Positions 14,201-26,200 of a DNA stretch of 63,887 bases are shown here, in pieces. Where the stretch lies: assembly GCA_002633005.1 (NCBI GenBank), contig NMRA01000472.1, positions 280,512-344,398 of the forward strand, read 5' to 3'. The number at the start of each line of letters is the position of its first letter. The first letter of the stretch is position 1. The DNA comes from Phoronis australis (lineage: Eukaryota; Animalia; Phoronida). The notes under the pieces were generated by a model. That model was not told the origin of the DNA. It ran no database searches and was given only the letters and a program-made list of their open reading frames with translations. The position numbers and the translations under genes were made by a program.

Positions 14201-17200
14201 ATAACATTTTCCCATGATGTTTTTACTTTATTTCTGTTTCTGTTGACAAAGGACGTTATTACATCCGAAAATTTCAGTTGATCCATTCTTGTTGTTTTAT
14301 TTACCAATTTATATTCTACATTTCGTGAAACAATAGTATCCTTGGGAGGATCTGGATCGCCTTATTTAGTTTCAGATTTATTTTCTACGTTACCCATGAT
14401 GTTTGCAATGAATGCAATCTGTGGAGAATGTGAAAGTTCTAAAACTCTTTCGACAATAACGTTTTTGGGATGTTTTGTAATAAATATGTTTTTTCGCATT
14501 ACACTTTATAGACTTAAATGTACGAACTAATAGAATGGAGACCCTTTACGTATTCAGTCATTTCTTTCATTATTAAAGATGTTATATTACAGTAAAATTA
14601 ATTCACTTTCCTTTTCTATGTGATTTTTCGGCAACGTGTACTTTTATCTATGGCTATGGTGCAACCTACTTTAATTTCTTGGGTGTGAGCATTTTAGTAA
14701 CTGAAAAATATTTAGTGAACAAAATGCTTACGAGACGAGAAATAGGTTCTGCAGATTATTTAAATTTTCAATAACCTCACTCAAAGTTGCTTGGTATTGT
14801 TCAAAGTGCACGACTGTGTACATGTATGTTCCTGGCGTGGTCTGATACTCTGTAGCCTGGTAAACTTGCGAGCTCCCTGCAATGTCATTTGGCATGGGTT
14901 GTTTGTAAATTATTTAAAATTTTCTCCCGGTCCGGGCATAACCACCTTTCGCCACCACTTGCACAAGTGACACGGTGTGGGGACCTGTACCACGTGTTTG
15001 GACTGGTCATGAGGAGTACGGTGTCGTCTTGAGCAATTTAATGTAGGAATACAACACCGGTGCAACAAAAATGCCTTTAGAATGTAGAAATTGGTCCTAT
15101 ATGTAATTAGAATTAGGTTTGCCACCTGTATCTTACATGTAGGAGTATCGTGGCAGGCGCTGAAAGCTTTTCGCGTTAGTGTGACCAGCAATGACGCCCA
15201 GTGTGACTCGATGGCCGTAGTGCTGTAAAAAATCAGGAATATCGGTAAAAGTTTGTTATAATATGATGCCTTGTATGATTGATTTAATACATTTCAAACC
15301 GTAAGTAATATTTTATAAAAATGTGCTTGTGCTGCAAAAGTTTCAGCTAAAAGTTTGCTTGATTAACAAAGATAAAAATTATGCAAAGTTTGAATACAGT
15401 GTAAGGTAGTCGGACAAAACGACTGTACGGACTCGGCTGAGTCAACTGTACGGACTCGTCATGAGCAGATTTTTGAAAAGTGCACGAACTCGGCAGTGAA
15501 CTGGTTAAGAATTAGTCAAATTTTAACAAGAACACACCCTTCAACTTTGATTCCCAATAGTTCTCGAGGAGTATAGTCGGCTAGGTTATCTGAGAAAGAT
15601 TAGATTGCAAATGATGTGTAAACGTGAGAACAAAGATAAGAAGTGTTAGGCCTTTGTCATTAACCATTTTGAACTGAAACTGAAATTGATGTAGGAAAAG
15701 TTTACACTTTTTTCCGATCAACCAACTTAAGTGCTGTGATGGCACAGATCACTTTGATATGTTGGAGTAATTGACCACGGTATCGCAGATCAGGTGTCTA
15801 GCATTGTATGAACACAGCGGTTTGGAATGTTTCAGAATAAAAAATATGGGCACATTCCTAACACTGTTTCAGAGCAGGGCTGCGTAACCAGGTAAAGCAA
15901 AGTATATCTATACGAGAAAATGAGTTTGATCACAAGCGTCCATTTATGAAGAAGTCAAAAGTAAAACGTGAAGGCAAAGATGAAGAATACACCGAGAGAA
16001 AAGATTGCGAAAGGGATATAGATTGTATGTGAATTTTAGATATATCCTCCAGTTTGAAGTCGTTACAACAGTCGGCTAATTTTGAAGTTTAGTGCTGGGC
16101 TATTTACGTGGTTTACGTGGCAGAAACCAACGAATCTCAGTTATTTGTGGGAGATACATGTATAGTCTGTGCAGTAAGTCGGACAGCAAGTTTTTGGCCG
16201 GGAATCCGATTGACATTATTTATCGAGATACTGATTGATACGTACCGGAATGGGTTACTTTCTGCATGTATTGATGAATAATTAGACGACAACAAGTTGA
16301 AAACACCGCCGGCTAAATGCTAAACCGTACAGTTGCTAAAGACTAGTTTGGACAGTCACGCGAAACTGAGTATGACGAGTCCGTACAGATATTTTGAGAG
16401 TAACTCGAACTACAAATTACAAATATCAACTGTACTTACCATGCGCGTTTCCTATGGTTACTCATGCTCAAAAAATTAGATAAATAAGAAAAAACAATTG
16501 ACGCTCCAAGTTCATCGTTGTGTAAACAATCGGTGAAACCTCTTGAGCATATTCAGTATGGGGGACCTATTAATGTAATTAAGGTCACATTCAATGACTG
16601 CCCTTCCACTGGGCGTATGCCAACAGTTTCATTGCAAAAAGTCATGTGTAACAAAGTTAACGATCTCTTAAAGTACGCATTGTCGGTGAATTTTTGCCGA
16701 TTTTTCTCATGAAGACGCCGTACGCCTCATGACCAGTCCAAACACGTGGGGCAGTGATTGAAGTGTGGTAACTTACAGAAAGATCGACACCTGGCAACAG
16801 TAAAAAGTAGCCTGGCTTCATTACCAGCATTTCTTTATTTACGTGTACTAACTCTAAACTACTATTATGTTTCCTGGGCTTGTTCACTTAGTCAAAAACG
16901 AAATTGTCTGCAACCGCGTTCCACTTGATTTTGGAATTTCGTTGGCAATAGATTAGTCAAAGGTGCTGCGTCATTGTTCGACATCCTGAAAGTTTCATGC
17001 CGTGTCAGAGAAATAAAATACCAACTATTGGAAATGGTAAGCAAAATCCTAATGCGTCGAATAAATGTTTGATTGGACACTCGAGTGATTGGTATCCAAA
17101 ACCCTCAACTTGCAAACAAATTGGTTCGATAAATCGGATTGTTCAAACTTTCATTCGGCGTCAAAAATCAGTTATAGGTGCTCTATTGGGAAAGGTTGGA

Positions 17201-20200
17201 ATAAGTCCATTTCTTGAGTCTCAGCAAGCCGTCAAATCAGCGGGCGGCGTTGTTTGATTTTTCAGCATCTGGTGGATTTCAATTAGTCAGCTGACATGAA
17301 CTGAAATAAACTGAAAAGAATCTGTGTTTGAAACCTGACTTATTTGCTACAAATTGGTAGACGTTGATGTATTCAATTTTGAAATCAAGTTTCAAAAAGA
17401 AATTACTAGAAATGTAAAAATCAGGAAACAGAAAAAATCAGAGTTTAAGGCAATTATTAAAAAAATCTTCATACGATTGTGATTCGAGGCCCCCCCCCCA
17501 AACGACACGTTTCGTGATAACCAGAAAGTGCTAAGTATTTTAAAATTTCGATGTTTTAGGGCCCTTCACCTTGGATGAGGAAATGGTGGTATTTTATATT
17601 ATGTGTTACTGAGACTTTGAAGTCTATATACTCCACTGTATGTTCTTATGAGCCGAGTTAAGAGTTTTAAACGAAGTCATACTGCCGCAAACCTACGTTT
17701 CAAAATACTGTCTCAATTTTTAACACCGTTCCTGCATGGAGTCTGCAGGTAGACGTATATCACTAATGTGGGAGAAATTTCAGGCGAGGTGCCCTCAGTA
17801 TTCTGGCACACTGGGAATCCCAAGTTTGTACTAGTAAGTGTTGAAAATAACTTGTGCACAAAATGGTCATCGTGTGATTACGTGCAATTAGTTGACAACT
17901 TTTAAATTACCTTAAGCGGTGTGGTTCCAATATGATGGTTGTTTTCAGAACATTCATATCTGCGTAAATATCAGTATATGCAAGTTCACGATACTGAAAA
18001 TAAAACAATCGCCCCTAACTCTACCGACGAAGTTTTAACAGCTCAACCAGGAGCGTTAGCTTTGTTCTGAAATGCTTCAGCCGTGTTGTTCGGCCAACCT
18101 GAACATTGTACACAGTGTGCTATGACGAGTATTGAATGGTGTAAGTGGTAGTAACAATCCTAATGAAATTGGTGTTTCTTGATAAGATACAAAAACACCC
18201 GGGTTTATTTCCGAAATGGCTTTGCACATTGCAAACTTGCCGTTCGCACTGAAGACAGACTACAGCACTCGATTCTGATCCGGCCGATGACGAGGAAATA
18301 TTGTGCGAACCATAGACATCACAGTATAAGATGTCTATGGTGCGAACGACATCACTAGTGTAGCAGCTGTGAGTGTAATACGAAAATATTGCAACACAGT
18401 GTGCGTTATGATATGGACGAACCTGGATCGTTTCGGTTTGATTATTGACATTCAGTTGGGTTATTTAATTAGTTTATGTATTACTTTACTCATTGTATAT
18501 CAGTTTCCTTTCAGAATCTGACAGACTGTTGCATCAGCCATTTCATTTTCTGTTCAGAAATCGAAGATCGTTTGATTACGAATGGTTTCTTTTGATTTCA
18601 GTTCGTATTTTGAAAATTTGATGACATATCTTCACTGAAGTTGTCACCGAATTTTTTTTTACTCAAACCTGTTCAACTATTCAAAAATGTCTATGTCAGG
18701 TCGTTCAACTTCGCATATTTTGGTCATAATGTACTTTATTGTTGCCGATTGTACGAGTCCATTCTGAAATTTAGCAAAGCATCCTGTTGAACTGAGACAA
18801 TAACCGTGATGTCAGCAATAATTCTTCTCTTTTTTGATTTCCTTAAATAGTCTGAATGTAGGTTCTCTTAAAATATGTGTATTAAATTATTTGTGTGTGG
18901 TGCATTGTTGCCCGCATTTAGTTGTAGGATACACGGCAAGGTCACCATGTTTTTGACTGTCGTCTGCTTCACTTGGCTAAACACTATTATGTCGTATTTT
19001 TATTTTTGTTGATATCACATCTTCCTGTAACCAAACCTTTTAAGCTAAAAACAAATTCAGTTTGTATGATTTTATATTTTGCTGAAATCATTATGCTTAA
19101 AGATGTATTTGCAGGCGCCTATCTATAGCAGGAACTAAATTTAAAAGACTGCCATTTTCATATAATCTACGCTAAACAAAGTGCAGTTATATTCAATGAC
19201 AACTCGTAAAATGTCAAAACAAAAAATCTGCATACAAGTAACCTTTTCACTAAAGACGTACCAAGGAGACTCACTTGCCCGCGCCATGCACTCTTATTCC
19301 ACAGTTCAGTAATACGCAACAGATCATTTTCGCCACAAAACTGATCAGAATAAGTCATTTTGATTCTCAAAAACAAATTAGATTATATGCTGTTTCGTTG
19401 TTTGTTGTCTATCCCTTTTGCTTCCGTATTTACTGAAAGTGTAATATTGTTCTATGCTGTAACACCAAAAGTGATTGGCCATTTACAAAATATCCCTTCG
19501 ACGTAATTGAAATGAGTTGTAACCGCTTCATTTTAATGTGTCAGTTTTGTTACAATTCCCTCCCGCACGTGACTGAAATCACGACACCTCACATTTACAA
19601 AATATGCTCATCCTGCTATTGAAAATGGTTCAAATTTATTTTGGTTGACCAACAGTTTTTGCAACTCCTTGTAGAATGGCAACACTCCCCTACATGTCGC
19701 GTCTGCCTATGGCCAGTTAGCAGTTGTGGAACTTCTGCTTCAAAGGGGTGCTCGTGCGACGGTTGTTAATAAGGTAAGATAACAGTGTTAAATTGTGTGA
19801 TGCGCTATCAATTTTTTTATTCATGTTAGTTTTAAAGATCAAGTGACGTCGCTAAAAAGATGGCGTATATGTCATTGGGCAGGTAATTAGCGTTTGTTGG
19901 CAGCGTAAGTATCAGTGTTTGGATTTTTGTTGAGTGTATTACCAAACATTCACATGTACGTTTCGGCTAAATGAAGCAGTGTCCACGGTGGCTGACAAAG
20001 CCTTTTCTTAATTTTCTATTAGCAAAAACAGTAAACCTAGCGACTGCTCACATTTGATTTTTACTCACTTATGTAGCTGCCGAGGCATAAATTAAATTAT
20101 TTGAAGATTCCTGGAACGCGAAAAACCTGCTAAATTGCGTTATTCATTCAGGGTTTTCCTGCCACTGAAACAACAGGCATTTATCCAATGTCTTCGTAAA

Positions 20201-23200
20201 ACTTTATATTTAGTGTTGATGACAAAGTGTTTTTTTTTAGTTTCAAATTTCAAAAAAATAGCTGTCAACTGTTCGCCACTTATCGATTTTTCTCCAACAA
20301 AGCACGTCTGCGTATTTCGTATTACAAGGCATAGACGTATTCGCCACTTATCGATTTTTCTCCAACAAAGCACGTCTGCGTATTTCGTATTACAAGGCAT
20401 AGACGTAGCACATTCTGCTCCGATGGAAAAGTGATCTTTGACCTTTGATAGAAACAACACAATCTTGACTTCAAGCAGCAGCCAGTAGCCAGTCAAATTA
20501 AGAAACAATTGTTTGAAATTAGTTATTAATGTATAGTGATGTTCAAAAATTCTAAAATTTGTCAAGTATGAAAGCCAAAAACAGAAGAAAGAAAACAAAG
20601 CGACCAAATCCAACCAATGACCTACCATTACTACAAATGCTGATACCAACAGAGCGCATTCATCTCGTCTGTTCTTCATTTTTGGGAGAGTGGGAGGAAC
20701 TACGGAATATGTTTTCTTCATTATATACAGTTTGGAAAAACAAAATTCTAATTAAAAAGTATCTCAACATTACATTGGGTATATTGTTAACAAGTATGCA
20801 ATTGATGGCAAATAATAGAAATGAGAAATTCAATACATTCATGTTAACGTGCTTTCTTCCTATGTTAAGTAGAACAGAGCCATGGTGGAACTCTTCCCGT
20901 GACAACGATAACACGGTCACAATGGTTGTCATTGTCTACTACACAGGCCACGTGCTTAACGTAGTGCTTTTTAACACGTTAGGAAGTTCACTAACATTAC
21001 ATCTGTCAGCCTTCAAGATGGGCCTGGAAATTATAAATTTGTGTGATTTGTAGGATGGAGCAACTGCTTACGATGTCTGTGGCGACGAGTGTAATGTGTT
21101 TTTTAACAATGTCAGCGATTCGACTATCGAGAAAATAAAGAAAGTCCTTAAGGTATGTAGTGGTGAAAAAATATTCAAATTTTTGTTTTGAATAGAAACT
21201 AGTGTTTTTATGATTTATCAACGTTATGAAGGAATCTCAGTCGTATTGCCATCAATTATCGGACCTCCAAAGGCAACACCTTGCGTGTACTCGACAGAAG
21301 ATAACATAGAAGCATCACGCTCAAGAGCTTACTGCGTTGGACTTCCATGTTTATCTGCATTGTATTCCGAATTCTGCTTACAGGGCAGTCACAAAACTAC
21401 AATATCATGTTGCAAGGGAAGACATACTTACAATATCGTCATGGCAATAATATTTTATGAGAATTTACTTGCCTTGTTATCAATTATCGCGTTGGTGTCG
21501 TTTAAGAAAATGTGTTACTCTTCTTAAACGTTATTTGCACCGTTGGGAAAAAGTCCCGAGTTTCAACACTGATCCCTACAGAGATGTTTTCAGACTTAAC
21601 TATAGGTCACTTGATTTTACTAATGTTTTGCATGTATCTTATATATTGTATAATTGTTTTTTTATTTTGGTTATAAATATACATCTTGGTCAGACAGGTG
21701 CAATTAAGGTCATTTCTCATGATCTCTGTGTCATTTAAACAGCTCAGGAGACATTCTAATGTTTGTTTTAATATTTGTATTACGTTACTTGGCAATTCGT
21801 CACCTGTAGGAGCACATACGACTCGAGCAGCAAAGCGGACCACCTCCCCCACATGAAGACGCCGATAAGGATCTCGCACCTGTCGATGAAAAAGCGAACG
21901 TGTTATTAGCGGCGGTGGAAGGTTATGTAAACGCAAAACGTAAAAGCATACCTGATGGCATGGTGGACGTGATCGTAAAAGTAAAACGGAGGGACGACGG
22001 GACACTGGAACTGCGGAGTGTGGATACTAAATTGACGGGTATTGTATACTGTGACGTTTACTATCACTGCGCGAGGAAGTCAGGGAAAAGTGAGAACATG
22101 ACGATGTTTCAGATTTCCTACATCCAACTCGATCGGTCCTCTGGAAAATAATACATTTAGTCTGAAGATAATACATTCAGTTCCCTAAAAGCATATTTTG
22201 CGTTTTTTCGGGCATAAGCTCGTCTGTTGGTTCTCATGTGTTATCTGCCAATCTTTTCGTAACTGAATATGTGATATTCACATGCCGGAGCATCGAGGAC
22301 GCGTTGCTTGTCGTCAACTTTTAATCCCTCAAATCGAACCGTCTCCATCGAACTCGGCTCTTGGATGGTAATTGTTTCTATAAACTTCAGAGAACTCTTA
22401 ACTCCGTATAATAACAAACAATAATATCATAATTGTTAAACATTGACTGAAACCAAGACAAAAAGAAAGTTTTAGTATTCAGCATCTATGAGCATGCTCA
22501 AACACAGTCTATTGCAAGAGATACTGCAATATTATCAAAGGCGAAAAGGCAACTTTAACCTCGTGGACAATTACTTGAATGACAGTTAATGCTTCATAAA
22601 TCCACAGAAAATCTTGTGCGCCTATAGTAGTATCATACATTTTGGTTTTTCCAAAAGATTTTTACATTTTAATTTCCTGCTTACAGGTGCATGCGCTTAA
22701 GTTCCAAAATTTGTCGGTTTTGAGCTCAGATTATAGACGCTACTTTACTTTTTTACCAAAATATACCGACCCCTTTGATTTTGCACACCGTATGTTGTCA
22801 GTGACGTTCTGGGGGAAGTAAGCCTGGTAGAGTCATGTTTATGTTCTAAAAATGTACACTTTTAACGTTGTAAATTTTACTTTTATCAAAGCGTTTAGCC
22901 ATCGATCTTGATAAAGTAACAATTGGTTAGTCGAATACATCTCCATATTCTAAAAAGTTACTCAATACTTTACTGTAACTGTTAGATCACTTTATTTTTA
23001 ACTGTTTGACTTGTGTTTGAGCACCATAATCAAGGCAAGTTGTACTCAAACGTCCTCATAGGTGCAAGTGGCTATTGATATTAGTCGAACAGTCGCAGAT
23101 CTGCAATTAGGTGCACACGCTCCATTACGTGGCTATACAGTTCCACTTGATTCTGCGTATAAATCAACACGTGAGGAAATTGGGAAATGAAAATTTCAAC

Positions 23201-26200
23201 TTTCCTGACATGTCATATGTACTTTCTATTGCAGTGACTCCTAATTGGAAGTCTTCCAAAAGAATTTTAATGTTGATGAAACAAATACCTGTAAACGTAT
23301 TCACTATGAGAATTAAAGTGAAAGTCACTGTATAAACTTGGGCACAAAGTCATACACAAGTTGGAATGAAGATATCTTGATTATTGAAATTGTTATTGAA
23401 AACACATTTGACAACAAGCGTCAAACTGACATGACATCCCGGTCTGCTTTGCAAGAAATACTTGTAAGTGTCTACTACCAGACTTTGCATGAATGTATAT
23501 GACATAGAGAACCACGCAGTAGTGTTTTTTAAAACAAAGCATAACCTTCCACGTAGACCTACTATGCAGGCCAATTTTATGTCCTCGTTTTAAGTTTATT
23601 TTTGGAACTTGTTTATTAAATGTATCACTTCTTGCCTAATGGAAACGGGTGTGGAGGTGTAAAATGAACTTTCTTCTAGGCATGCTTAAATTGTGTCAAT
23701 GCTCACCACAAAAGTGCAACAAACTATGCAAATTTTCAATATTCCAGTTTAGAATACGTATTTTGTGTTACACCATGTAATGTTAAATGTATATATGTCG
23801 AGATATAACTTTTCAGACAGTTCAAGGTTATTATTTTCGGTAGTTTGTGATTTAAAATAAAAAATAAACTTTAATGAAAACCGGTTTTACTGCACCTTAA
23901 TCTGCCTGAGTGTGAGAATTTCAAGATACATGTGTTTGTTTCAAACAAGTAATCCACTGAACAACCTTTTTGGCACACTTGATTGAGCTGTTCACTGATC
24001 AAGTGAAAGTAGGCCCAATGCGTTCTGCTTGTAAATTGCTTTGTGGGGGAACTGGACAACCCAGATATTTACGATATGTGTGATTGTATTAGTCGCAACA
24101 CTACACTGTGTGATCCAGCCAGACGCCGCTGTTACTCTTTCAGTCTAGGGAGAAAACTTGGCAACGAATGCATGGTTTTGAAAAAAGGCACGGTCTGGGT
24201 CTTCAGTATTTGGTCATTTACTGCAACATTATCGAAGTGTCATTACCATGCATATTTTTTACTTTCAGAATATTTCCCACGCTCTGTTCCCGTAAAAAAG
24301 CAGTCTGGTCTGTTTGGCACGATCCCTGACAGGGGTGAAAACGTGATTTCAGCACACTTCCAAAAGTCTCTGACCAATGCCGTATCAGCAGTAGCCCAAC
24401 TTAAGCGGTCAGATGGACGTGGGGTGGGGTCGGGCTTCCGAGTCGGGCTCACTTACGTGATGACGAACTATCACGTATATAAGTTGCTGAGTCTTGATGT
24501 TGCCAGTAAGTATATCGATGGTTGATTGATTGATTGTTGAGGTTAAATCTACCTGTATGGTAAGTTGCTGTTGTACAGTTTGTCTACATTCGTTCAGAAG
24601 TACATGGTGTAGGTCAACATGTCTCAGAATTATCATGGAAGTACAAATATATAAGGACATGGATTGTCTGCAGCTTACTCTCTGTGGTAGTATTATTGTC
24701 TCATTTTATTTCCGTTTGAGAATGAGACAAGTATGTTTCAAAATAAAGCGTGTGTCATTTAATCATGTTTTGTTCAGTTGCTTCACCGATGTTCTGTTGA
24801 GTGTAGAACTTTGTTCCGATGATACGAAATGAACGGAATAAAGGCTGTTAATGACGACAAGTGCGCTGTATTTAATCAATTTTGCACATCGAAAACAATA
24901 TAATAGGAACTATGCAATGTTAATTCCGACACAAAATTTCATGATTTTTTCAAAAAAAGGAAATTTTTGTGAATTAGTTCCTGAAGATTAGGCTCTGGCA
25001 TTGATTGGTTTGGTTTTGCGTTAGTAATGAAACGACATTTAGTCTTCACCTGCTCATCTCAGTCACTTGTGTTTTACAGTGAATAAAAACGCAGCAATCT
25101 TTTACTTCGACAAGCGATTAGAGCAGTGTACACCAAAAGCAATACCTATCCGGTCTCTGGTAGCCTACAATGAAGAGCTAGATGTGGCTGTATTGGAACT
25201 GGATTTCAACTCGCCTCTTACGGCAGCATTCACCAACTGTGAACAGATCAACAAGCTCTCATTACCGCCAGCATTGACAAACTTCAAGGCTATTTCTCAA
25301 CAAGAACAAGTACAGTTTGCTGGACATTCAGACAAAACTGGCCATAAAGTTGTCCAATTCCATTGTCCTGTTGTCCTCATGGATCCAGCAGATTTCTTGA
25401 AAACGGTAAAAAGTGGTGACATCATTTCACGCTAAGTAGTCACGTGTTTCTGCAGCATCTGCATGGTGATTGGCTGTACAGCAAAGCCATTCATAGTGAA
25501 GCACGTGTCCGTTTCTTTCACTTACCAAGACAATAATCCTTTAAGGACTTGATCAGTGAAAAAATTGTAACTTAGTCCGAAAATCCTTAACTCAAGATGG
25601 TGATTTTTGTAAATAATTACTTTTACGCCGTTAAGTGCTGCAAATAATCAATTTGCACAAGTAATTTACATGCATAACGTTCACTCACTGTGGGCATCAT
25701 ACATCTGCTCTTCAAATGGTCACGTGAGCGGCCAGCCTGTTTCAAGTGCCGCCGCGTGCTATTGTAATACAGATACATGTATCAAGGTTATGGGGAACCT
25801 ATCAACAAGTCTATGTATTTAACAAATTATCTAGAAAACTATATAAACTATATGTCAGCATATTTTCTGAGGGTAGAGAAGTCTGTAGAATTTTCCTTAT
25901 AACCAATCCGTCAGTAATCGTGTCATGTGTCCCAGTCTTTTTAGTAAAATTTAAAAAATAGGAACATTCATTGCAAAACAGCATCATCAATAACTCTATC
26001 AAACTTCATTTGAATTCCTAAAACCGCTTTGGTGTGGTGATGTAGTAATATCATCTGTCTACATCAGCCTCTGGCATGTTTACATTGGCGTTGTAGCTAG
26101 AGGTTGGTGCAAATAGACCAATAGAGTTTAGGGTGTTTATTTGATATTATGTTTCAAAAACCCTGTTACAGTTTTCTGAAACACAAGTTCGTTTTGGTCG

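Noticed and set aside
20140-21053. Overlapping 160-190 aa ORFs
   Set aside because: No recognisable motifs; AT-rich intronic sequence partly inflated by a 68-bp duplication.
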